DNA of 64,000 bases from Prosthecobacter sp. (lineage in GTDB: Bacteria; Verrucomicrobiota; Verrucomicrobiia; Verrucomicrobiales; Verrucomicrobiaceae), in NCBI RefSeq assembly GCF_029946185.1, contig NZ_JAQSEA010000306.1, positions 11,044 through 75,043 on the forward strand, read 5' to 3'. How positions within the stretch are numbered: position 1 is the first letter of the stretch; every line of letters begins with the position of its first letter. The notes beneath the pieces are model-generated. The model was not told the origin of the DNA. It saw only the letters and a list, made by a program, of their open reading frames with translations, and searched no databases. Positions 8,099 to 15,788 of the stretch are shown here, piece after piece. The position numbers were made by a program, and so were the translations under genes.

Positions 8099-11000
8099 TC
8101 ACTCCACCTTCAGCACGCCGTTCATCACCATCCAGTGCCCCGGGAAGGTGCAGAGGTAGGGATAGTCGCCTTTCTCTTTCGGAGCGGTGATGTGAATGGT
8201 GAATTCTCCTTTGGGATTTGTCATGTCGGTATAGGCGAGGACGTCGTCGGAGTCAGGCACGTAGTGTTTCGCCAAGCCCTGCGGATCGGTGATCATGAGA
8301 TTGGCAAGATTGCCGATTTTTTGCAGCGTGCCCGGTTTGGCGAGCATCCAGTTATGCGGTACGACGTCAGGATTCTTGAAGATGATGGTGAGTTTTTCGT
8401 CAGCTTTGGCGGTGAGCTGCTTCTGCACATATTGCAGGCCCAATGCGGCTTCGATGATGAGTTCGCGCCCACCTTCGCCTTTGGCCCATGGATTGAGTTT
8501 GGCCGGTTTCGGGGCTTCGAGGCCGATCTGCGCGGCGTGATTGGTCTTCGCAATTTTGGCGTAGCCGGGGAATTCGCTGAAGGGTTCAGCCAAGGCGTGC
8601 GCAGTGAGGAAGATGTCATGGCCGGTGCTCACATGAAGATGAATCTGGCTCGCGGTGACAATCTGCGGGATTTCGAGGAAGAGGGTCTTGCCGCCGTCGA
8701 GCTTATGCACGCTGCGGACTTCGAGCGGATCATGCCCGGGTGTGTCGGCATACTTCACGGAATACTCGGGCGAGCCATACTGCGGGCCGTAGCGGTAGTT
8801 CCAGCACTGCGCAAAGCAGGTGGCTGCATCGGCATTAGCCACCGGCTGGTTGAAGCGGAGGAGCACCCCATTGTCACGCGCTTCGAAGCCGACGGGCACG
8901 GGTTTCTCACCGCCAGTGAAGCGCACGCGCTGGAAGCAGCCGTCCTTCGGCGTGTAGCTGCCCCAGCCCTGCATGCCGTTCACGTAGAGATGGCCGTCCT
9001 TCGGATTGAAGCGAGCGCACTGCGGTCCGGAGTCAAAATTGCCGCTGATCTTAACGGCCCCGGCCTGCCAGCGGCCTTTGACATTCTGTCGCATGACAAG
9101 CCATGCACTGCCACCGCCGGAAGAGAGGTGAACGAAATTTCCATCGCCTTTGAGCGTGGTCCATTTCTCGCTGGTGATGAAGGCCTGGCTGCTGGCGCTG
9201 TTATCTTCGCCACGCGGCATGTACATCAGCACCGGCTCGGGAGACTGGCCGTTCTTCGGACCACCGGCACCGAAGTGCGCGCCCAGATTGTGATCGAGTT
9301 CAATCTGGCAGATGGAAGTCGCGGGAGTCCAGTCGCCTTCCTGTACACTGGTGGTGAGGAAACGTCCGTCGGGTGAGATACCGAGGCCGTTCGGATTGCG
9401 GAAGCCGGTGCCGAGCACTTCGAGTTTGTCGCGTCCGGTGATGCGGCATACGCCTTGATTGCCGGAGGCGAAATACCAGCGGCCTTCTTTGTCGGTTTCG
9501 AGGCCGACGATGAAGTCGTGTCCGCCAGGGGAGGTTTGCATGGCGTTGGTCACGCACTGGTAGAAATCGGCCTCATCATCGCCATTGAGATCGTGGAGGC
9601 AGGTGATTTGATCGCGGCCGAGGACGTAGAGCTTGTCCTTCACGATCTTCATGCCCAGCGGTTGATTCAAGCCGGTGGCGAAGCGCTTCCAGCGAATTTT
9701 TTCGAGCTTTTCATCAATGCCTTTCACCAGCCAGACTTCGCCGGTCATGGTGGCGATGGCGGCGGTGCCATCGCTGAAGAAGTCGTGCGCGGTGATGAAG
9801 AATAGCGCGCCGTAGGGGTTCTTGAAGGGGATCTCGATGGTGTCAGTGGCAAAGGGCTGCTGGGTGCCGAGCTTGCCTTTGGTTTCGATCCACTGGGGCC
9901 ATTGGGCGGGGCCACTAGCAGTGATTGCCACAAGGTCCTTCGGGTCTCCACTGGCTATGACGTGATCCGTTGCACCGTCTTTTTCGAATACAAAGACGAC
10001 TCTGCGACCAGAGATGTAATAGCCTTGATACAGACCGTCGCGCTTTGTCTGTGATTTGGCCATTACCTTCCCATTCATCGCAGCTCCACCCATGAAACCG
10101 TGGCGTGCATCGCCGAGCTTGATGAAGCCGCCAGTCCATGTGACTGGGATCGAAAGCGTTTCAGGATCAAAGACGCATGACATGTCTCCATATTGCACAC
10201 ACACCGCCTTCGGAATCGTCAGGCCCGCGCCTTTGAAGACACCGCTAAAGACCGGGCCGTGATCGCTTGCGGCGAAGCGGCCATCTTTCCAGGTCACCTG
10301 ATCGTTTTGATTGCCCCAGTGTCCTTGTTGGCCGCCATCGAGACCGGGGAACTGTGGGATCAATACGGGCAGAGGCTTCTGCTTCATGAACTGCAACGCC
10401 TGCTTACCGTAGAAGTCGAAGATGCGCTCGCGATTGACGAACTCCTGCCAGTGCACGTTGTCGTCCGGATTGAGCGGTTTGTGGTCGGGTGTGAAGGCAA
10501 CGGGCTTGGGTGCAGGCGGGGGCAGGAGGGCATCAAGGTTGTCGAAGTCCCAGAGGCCAATCGTGTTGTCCATGCGCAGACGCGGAGCGCTGCCTTTGCG
10601 TGGCTTCATCACACCGCGCGTGAGGCGCACATCATCAAGAAGGCCATCGCAACCAATGCCACCGTCGACAAGACTGCCAAACGCAATGCCACCGGCTGTT
10701 GGGGTGCCTTTGAGCGGCTGCACGGCTTTGGTGAATACTTGCTTGCCATCGATCCAAAGCGTGACGTTCTGTTCGTCAATGTTGACTACGAAGTCGTGCC
10801 ACTTGCCGTCGCAGACATCGACCTTTGAGTCGAAGTCACCGCCCCGCCCCGGCATGTACAGCGCCAGCGTGCCGCGCTTCGCATGCGTGTAGAGCTCCCA
10901 ATGCGTGGCGGATGATTTGGCGTCGGAAGCGATGAGGATGTTGAAGTGATCTTTGCCGGTGAGCTTGGCACGGCACTCAATGGTAAGTGGGAGCGTGCGG

Positions 11001-12028
11001 AAGGGCTCGTTGTCCGACTCAAAGTAGCTGCCCTTCAGTGCCTCGCCGAATTCTATGCTCAGGGATGGGACGCTTTCGCCGGTCATGACTGGTTTGGTGA
11101 TGATGCTGGCGGCAGCGGGTTTCTCATTCCAAGTGCGATACTTCGGCTTCGGGCCGGGGGGATTGTCGTCGAGCTGCGGCAGGAGCCAGGCGAGGCCGTC
11201 GAGATTGTCGAGCAGGCGGCCTTCGGCGTCTTCGTTGGTGTGGTTCAGGATGCCGATGGGGCCGTTGTAACCGCTCGCACGCACGATGCGCAGCACCTTC
11301 ACATCTTCGGTGCCCACGCCGAGCGGGAGAATCTTGCGGCCTTTGGCTTCGCCGTCGATGTCCATGCCGTTGAGATTGAAGCAAAGCAGATGCGGCAGCA
11401 TGCGTGGCAGCACTTTGGCAAGACGGTCGAGATGGCCGTGACCGTGGTGCAGATTGTAAACGATGCCGATGTTTTTGATGCCTTTGGCTTTCAGGGCTTC
11501 CACGATGGCAATGGCGTTCTCCGGCTCGCCATACCAGCCGCCGTGATTGTAGAGAGCGACCTGGCAGCCCAACGGTGCGGCGGCTTCGCAGATCGGCTGC
11601 AGGCGTTCGACTTCTTTCGCTACGCGAGCCTGCTGATCCGCCTCGTCCTTGACCTGGATCGCGCCGCCGTTGCCATTCACCCAGAGCTGGGGATGCACGC
11701 CATGGCGTTTGAAGAGTTCCAGTGTCTGCTTGGCCTCGTCATTGAGCACGGTCGGGAACCACCAGCCCATGAGCTCGATGTGATGTTTTTTGAGCGCGTT
11801 CAATTCCTCATCCCACTGCGGGATGTGCTCCTTGCGGTAGTCATAGACGAACTTCTTCACGCCCATTTTTTCCAGCATGGCCGCACGCTCTTCAGGACCG
11901 CGCTTGCCCGCATCAAACGGGACAATGCACCACGCTGCGAGGTTGGATTTATCAAAGAGAGTTTCTGCGGCCTGCGATTGACCGAGGGCAGACGCGACTA
12001 GGACTAGAGCTAAGAAACGTAAGAGCAT
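8099..12028 (-). CDS. 1309-aa exported multidomain protein: xylose-isomerase-like TIM barrel + LamG + PVC dehydrogenase-type beta-propeller + C-terminal azurin-like cupredoxin
   Basis: Track ORF is 8099..12154. I moved the start to ATG 12028 ('MLLRFLALVLVASALGQSQA' signal peptide), which also removes the overlap with the upstream gene. Domains read by motif, in order: a TIM barrel ('GIVYNLHHGHGH'), then LamG ('DGKWHDFVVNIDEQNVTLWIDGK'), then 'FPGLDGGQQGHWGNQ', then propeller blades ('GLNQPLGMKIVKDKLYVLGRDQITCLHDLNGDDEAD'), and finally an azurin-like end ('HNWML' ... 'YLCTFPGHWMVMNG'). There is no CxxCH anywhere. Confidence 0.85.
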   Translation of the reverse strand: MLLRFLALVLVASALGQSQAAETLFDKSNLAAWCIVPFDAGKRGPEERAAMLEKMGVKKFVYDYRKEHIPQWDEELNALKKHHIELMGWWFPTVLNDEAKQTLELFKRHGVHPQLWVNGNGGAIQVKDEADQQARVAKEVERLQPICEAAAPLGCQVALYNHGGWYGEPENAIAIVEALKAKGIKNIGIVYNLHHGHGHLDRLAKVLPRMLPHLLCFNLNGMDIDGEAKGRKILPLGVGTEDVKVLRIVRASGYNGPIGILNHTNEDAEGRLLDNLDGLAWLLPQLDDNPPGPKPKYRTWNEKPAAASIITKPVMTGESVPSLSIEFGEALKGSYFESDNEPFRTLPLTIECRAKLTGKDHFNILIASDAKSSATHWELYTHAKRGTLALYMPGRGGDFDSKVDVCDGKWHDFVVNIDEQNVTLWIDGKQVFTKAVQPLKGTPTAGGIAFGSLVDGGIGCDGLLDDVRLTRGVMKPRKGSAPRLRMDNTIGLWDFDNLDALLPPPAPKPVAFTPDHKPLNPDDNVHWQEFVNRERIFDFYGKQALQFMKQKPLPVLIPQFPGLDGGQQGHWGNQNDQVTWKDGRFAASDHGPVFSGVFKGAGLTIPKAVCVQYGDMSCVFDPETLSIPVTWTGGFIKLGDARHGFMGGAAMNGKVMAKSQTKRDGLYQGYYISGRRVVFVFEKDGATDHVIASGDPKDLVAITASGPAQWPQWIETKGKLGTQQPFATDTIEIPFKNPYGALFFITAHDFFSDGTAAIATMTGEVWLVKGIDEKLEKIRWKRFATGLNQPLGMKIVKDKLYVLGRDQITCLHDLNGDDEADFYQCVTNAMQTSPGGHDFIVGLETDKEGRWYFASGNQGVCRITGRDKLEVLGTGFRNPNGLGISPDGRFLTTSVQEGDWTPATSICQIELDHNLGAHFGAGGPKNGQSPEPVLMYMPRGEDNSASSQAFITSEKWTTLKGDGNFVHLSSGGGSAWLVMRQNVKGRWQAGAVKISGNFDSGPQCARFNPKDGHLYVNGMQGWGSYTPKDGCFQRVRFTGGEKPVPVGFEARDNGVLLRFNQPVANADAATCFAQCWNYRYGPQYGSPEYSVKYADTPGHDPLEVRSVHKLDGGKTLFLEIPQIVTASQIHLHVSTGHDIFLTAHALAEPFSEFPGYAKIAKTNHAAQIGLEAPKPAKLNPWAKGEGGRELIIEAALGLQYVQKQLTAKADEKLTIIFKNPDVVPHNWMLAKPGTLQKIGNLANLMITDPQGLAKHYVPDSDDVLAYTDMTNPKGEFTIHITAPKEKGDYPYLCTFPGHWMVMNGVLKVE

Positions 12029-12036
12029 GGGGAAGT

Positions 12037-13053
12037 TTAATTGGTGTTGGAATAGGCGGTCCACTGAGCGTCGATCCACTTTGCATCCGGCGCGCCGTCG
12101 AAGACGAGGATGCGGTATTTGGAGACGTAGGGCTTGCCGGGTTCGATGGACCAATCACCAGCTTGCGAAGGAGCGACGCAGAGCTGCGGGTTCTTCGGAT
12201 TGAGGCGCAGGGGCTGTGGAAAGCGGAAGTTCGAGGGATGAATCAGGATCACCATGCCAGTGGGTGCTCCATCGACCAGACCGCCGATATGGACCCACTT
12301 GCCCTTGGTGGAGTCCCCTTTGGCGCGGTCATGACCTTCGCTGGTCAGCATCGTCACGGCATCGACCTGATTCCAGGCGAGATTGCCGCGCACACCAAGA
12401 CCGCCGTAGTGGTACTTCGGCAGTTTCAGCGGCGGCGCCCCCGCACAGGTCTGTGTGCTGGTGAGATCGATGATGTTGGCGGGCTTGCCATCGAGCTCCT
12501 TCTGCGCCACCGCGACCTCCCACGTTTCATTGAGCACCTTTTGATCAGGCGCGTGGCTGTGATCGAGAAACAGATGCTGGCTGATGAAGCCACCGCCATC
12601 AGCACCACCCCAGCTCTTGTCCAGTTTATCGAAACGCACCTCGGCGAGGATCTGGTCGCCGCTCTTGTCCTTGCCGTCGCCTTTGCCCTGATTCCAGAAA
12701 TCGGGATGTTGTACATGTGGCGCCAGACCGTGAATCCCAACGAGACGTGTGTCTTGTGCATCACCGAACTCGGTCTTCGTCCATGCCATCCAGATGCCGC
12801 GATGCCAGCGGTGGTCTTCGGGATGATTGCCCGTGACAAGCTTGCCGCTGGGCGAGTACACCGGATGAAGATGAGCACCGTGTTTGAAGACGGCGGACAC
12901 ACCCTCGGGCACATCGCCCGCCTCCATTTGGTAATCACAGATCGTCTTCCCACCGCTGCTGAAGTGCAGGACGGAGCCGAGCTTTTCCACCTGGATATCG
13001 GCGGAGAAAGTATGGGTGGCCAGAAGGGCGGCAAGAAGAAGGGTCGGCTTCAT
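12037..13053 (-). CDS. secreted PmoA-like / DUF6807 (PF14100-like) family protein
   Basis: ATG start and signal peptide 'MKPTLLLAALLATHTFSA'. The patterns 'HRWHRGIWMAW' and 'ILIHPSNFRFPQPLRLNP' resemble my recollection of the DUF6807 family. It lies 8 nt upstream of the giant fusion gene. Confidence 0.6.
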   Translation of the reverse strand: MKPTLLLAALLATHTFSADIQVEKLGSVLHFSSGGKTICDYQMEAGDVPEGVSAVFKHGAHLHPVYSPSGKLVTGNHPEDHRWHRGIWMAWTKTEFGDAQDTRLVGIHGLAPHVQHPDFWNQGKGDGKDKSGDQILAEVRFDKLDKSWGGADGGGFISQHLFLDHSHAPDQKVLNETWEVAVAQKELDGKPANIIDLTSTQTCAGAPPLKLPKYHYGGLGVRGNLAWNQVDAVTMLTSEGHDRAKGDSTKGKWVHIGGLVDGAPTGMVILIHPSNFRFPQPLRLNPKNPQLCVAPSQAGDWSIEPGKPYVSKYRILVFDGAPDAKWIDAQWTAYSNTN

Positions 13054-13075
13054 GACGATGGAACGAAACGGTGCA

Positions 13076-14350
13076 TCAGAAACTCGCAGGCTTTACAAGC
13101 GTTCCCGCTTTCACTACGCCGCCCTGCATGACGGCAAGGAGGTTGTCGCGGTTTTCGAGAATGGAGATGTCCTGGAGCACGTCACCTTTCACCACGAGGA
13201 CATCGCCCAGTTTGCCAGCTTCGAGCGTGCCTATTTCCTTTTCGCGTCCCATCATCTTCGCGCCGCCGAGAGTGGCCCACTTGATCGTGTCGAGTGTAGA
13301 GAAGCCGACGTAATTGACGAAGAAGGTCAGCTCCTGCGCATAGGTGCCGTGCGGCGTCCAAGCAAAGCCGTAGTCGCCACCGAGGCCCAGGGTGCCACCG
13401 GCCTTGAGCACTTTGCGGCAGCTCTCAGCACCGGCCTCAAGAGTTTCTTGATGACCATCCAGCACACGCTGGGACAAGCCGAACTCCTTGCCACGCTGCA
13501 CGCTGAAGAGCTCGAATCCCAGACCGGGGCACATCGGGACATTGCGCTTGAGCAGGAGGTCGAGGCATTCGTCGTCCATGAAGGTGCCATGTTCGATGGC
13601 ATCGTAGCCAGCCTTGAGCGCATTGCGGATGCCCTCGGTGGCACGGCAGTGACCGGTGACTTTGAGGCCGTGATTGTGCGCCGTGGCCACGACGGCGTGC
13701 ATTTCTTCGAAGGTCATGCACAGCGTGTGGTGGTCGTTGATGTCGGGAGAAGCCGCATCTCCCGTGGGATAGGTTTTCACCCACTCGATGCCGTCTTTGA
13801 CGAGTTTGCGCACTGCACTGCGGGCCTGCTCGGGACCGTTCACGATGAAAACAATCCCCTCCATGCCGATGCGGCGGAAGTCAGGGTTCCAGTCCATCAG
13901 CCCGCCTGCACCGCAGATTTCACGGCCGCTGGCGCTGAGGCGCGGGCCGGGGATCATGTCCTCCTCGATGGCCTTTTTCATCCACACGTCAATGTTGTGC
14001 AGGCAGCCGCCACTGCGCGCCGATGTGTAGCCGCATTCGAGGGCTGTCTTCGCGTTCACGGCAGATTGCAGCGTGACGTATTCCACGGGGAACTTGATGT
14101 CGAGGTCCTGCAGCTCGGACACATTGAAGTAGGTGAGATGGATGTGCGCCTCCACGAGCCCTGGCATGATCGTGCCGCCACCAGCGTCAATGATGCGAGC
14201 CTCAGGAGCTGGTGGAGCCTCCGCAGCGGGACCCGCGTAGCTGATGATGCCGTCCGTGATGATCACAGCGGCGTTCGGAATGGCTGGCCGACCCGTGCCA
14301 TCGACGAGTTGGCCATTTTTGACGACGGTGATGCCTGGTTGGAGCTTCAT
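13076..14350 (-). CDS. amidohydrolase family metal-dependent hydrolase
   Basis: 'PGLVEAHIHL' is the HxH metal motif. 'VTGHCRATEGI..ALKAGYDAIEHG' and a TIM-barrel amidohydrolase layout are also present. Track ORF begins at TTG 14359; ATG 14350 ('MKLQPGITVV') is preferred. Confidence 0.85.
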   Translation of the reverse strand: MKLQPGITVVKNGQLVDGTGRPAIPNAAVIITDGIISYAGPAAEAPPAPEARIIDAGGGTIMPGLVEAHIHLTYFNVSELQDLDIKFPVEYVTLQSAVNAKTALECGYTSARSGGCLHNIDVWMKKAIEEDMIPGPRLSASGREICGAGGLMDWNPDFRRIGMEGIVFIVNGPEQARSAVRKLVKDGIEWVKTYPTGDAASPDINDHHTLCMTFEEMHAVVATAHNHGLKVTGHCRATEGIRNALKAGYDAIEHGTFMDDECLDLLLKRNVPMCPGLGFELFSVQRGKEFGLSQRVLDGHQETLEAGAESCRKVLKAGGTLGLGGDYGFAWTPHGTYAQELTFFVNYVGFSTLDTIKWATLGGAKMMGREKEIGTLEAGKLGDVLVVKGDVLQDISILENRDNLLAVMQGGVVKAGTLVKPASF

Positions 14351-14362
14351 GGTGCGCAAAGG

Positions 14363-15175
14363 CTATCGTTTCGTCCGGCGATTGGATAGAACAGAAGCGG
14401 CAGGGCTTGGAACATTCGCGGCAGCGTAGGTTTCACGATACGCGCCTGGTGTGAGGCTGGTCACGCGGCGGAATTCGCGGGTGAGGTGGCTTTGATCGGC
14501 GAAGCCGCAGCGCAGACCGATGTCAGCGATGGATTCGCGCGTATCGACCAGCAGGCGGCAGGCGTTTTGGATGCGCAGGCGTTTCAGGTATTGCTGCGGT
14601 GGCAGGCCATACTCTCGGACGAAGCTGCGCTCAAAGGCGCGTGGCGACATGCCAACGGCTCGCGCCATGTCGGCATTTGTCACCGATTCACCGAGGCGGC
14701 GGGTCATGAGCGCAATGACGACACCGAGGCGGATGTCGCTGCGCTGATCAATCTGCGCGGCATCCAGTGCGCGCGTGATGCCTGCGGTGCCGACGATGCG
14801 GCCTCGGGCATTGCATACGGGCCGTTTAGTGGTGAAGCACCATGCCGCCGTGTGATCAAAGCGACCGACGAGTTCGAGTCGGCCCTGCACCGTCTGCCCG
14901 GCCAGCACGGCTTCATCTCCTGCACGGAAATGCGCCGCGAGGTGTGCGGGCGAGAAATCATCATCGGTCCTGCCCAGCACTTCATCCAGCAGGTGCATCC
15001 CATAGTTCAGCAGGAAGGTGCGGTTCACCCAAAGGTAGCGGCGCTTGGCGTCCTTGATCCATGCCTGCACGTCCGGCAGCGCGTCAAAAAGATCGCGTAG
15101 GGCATCAACGGGGGATGTGGCGGCGGCTTTGGCTTTCACAAGCGGGAGACTAATCAGAACGTGTTGTGATGACAC
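14363..15175 (-). CDS. AraC family transcriptional regulator with N-terminal PAS-like sensor domain
   Basis: The C-terminal tandem HTH ('ADIGLRCGFADQSHLTREFRRVTSLTPGAYR') is typical of AraC/XylS. The N-terminal 'DALPDVQAWIKDAKRRYLWVNRTFLLNYG' looks like a PAS fold. The start is uncertain (GTG 15175). Confidence 0.85.
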   Translation of the reverse strand: MSSQHVLISLPLVKAKAAATSPVDALRDLFDALPDVQAWIKDAKRRYLWVNRTFLLNYGMHLLDEVLGRTDDDFSPAHLAAHFRAGDEAVLAGQTVQGRLELVGRFDHTAAWCFTTKRPVCNARGRIVGTAGITRALDAAQIDQRSDIRLGVVIALMTRRLGESVTNADMARAVGMSPRAFERSFVREYGLPPQQYLKRLRIQNACRLLVDTRESIADIGLRCGFADQSHLTREFRRVTSLTPGAYRETYAAANVPSPAASVLSNRRTKR

Positions 15176-15250
15176 GCCGAATCATGCAGGCATGAAAAAA
15201 GCGGAGCCGCATGCCGCGGCTCCGCTTGAGGGTAAAACGAATGCTTCTGA

Positions 15251-15607
15251 TTACTGGCGCACTTCTTTGATGTGCTTGTCAGGCGCGGCGTCGAAGGTGG
15301 CCTTGCTGGCGGCATCGGCGAAAGCGACCTGGCGGGTGTAGGTCACGGTTTTGGAAGCATCGGATTTCTTTTTGCTCAGCGGGCACTGGCCAGAGACGGC
15401 AGCGAGGATGTTGCTGAGGTAGCCCTTGGGGGCAGCGGTGAACTGGGCTTTGCACCTGTCGCAGCAGACAGCAACGGTCTTCGAGTAAGTGCTGGTGATG
15501 GCCGGGCTCGCAGGCTTGCCGGAAATGGGGCAGACGGTGTTCAGCGACTCGGCGGCAGGGGAAACGCCAGCCAGAAGGCTGAGGGCGGCGATGAGGATGT
15601 GTTTCAT
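15251..15607 (-). CDS. small secreted protein with tandem YHS/TRASH-like modules (putative metal binding)
   Basis: Only the last 118 codons of track ORF 15251..16141 look real. They start at ATG 15607 with signal peptide 'MKHILIAALSLLAGVSPAAE'. Module 1 is 'VCPISGKP...VAVCCDRCKAQFTAAPKGY'. Module 2, 'QCPLSKKK...VAFADAASKATFDAAPDKH', has lost the Cys pair. Confidence 0.55.
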   Translation of the reverse strand: MKHILIAALSLLAGVSPAAESLNTVCPISGKPASPAITSTYSKTVAVCCDRCKAQFTAAPKGYLSNILAAVSGQCPLSKKKSDASKTVTYTRQVAFADAASKATFDAAPDKHIKEVRQ

Positions 15608-15788
15608 GGTGGGCGGAGAATTATACGACGGCGCACTGGGATACGAATTCATGGATTCTCCGCAACTGAAACTTTCTGATCCTGCGGTGCGGGGATGGCG
15701 GATTCCGCTCTCAGGTACGGACTGAGCCTTTTCTCGCTGAGCACACGCCCGCGTCCGTGTGCATTCTGAGAGGGGAGCCCCCGGGGAG

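Noticed and set aside
12029-12154. Upstream extension of the giant ORF, overlapping the PmoA-like gene. Similar extensions lie at 18252-18380, 42202-42273, 36266-36373, 39027-39137 and 49259-49567.
   Set aside because: The extensions are Arg/Pro-rich and would overlap upstream genes. An in-frame ATG followed by a classic signal peptide or a conserved domain start lies downstream of each.
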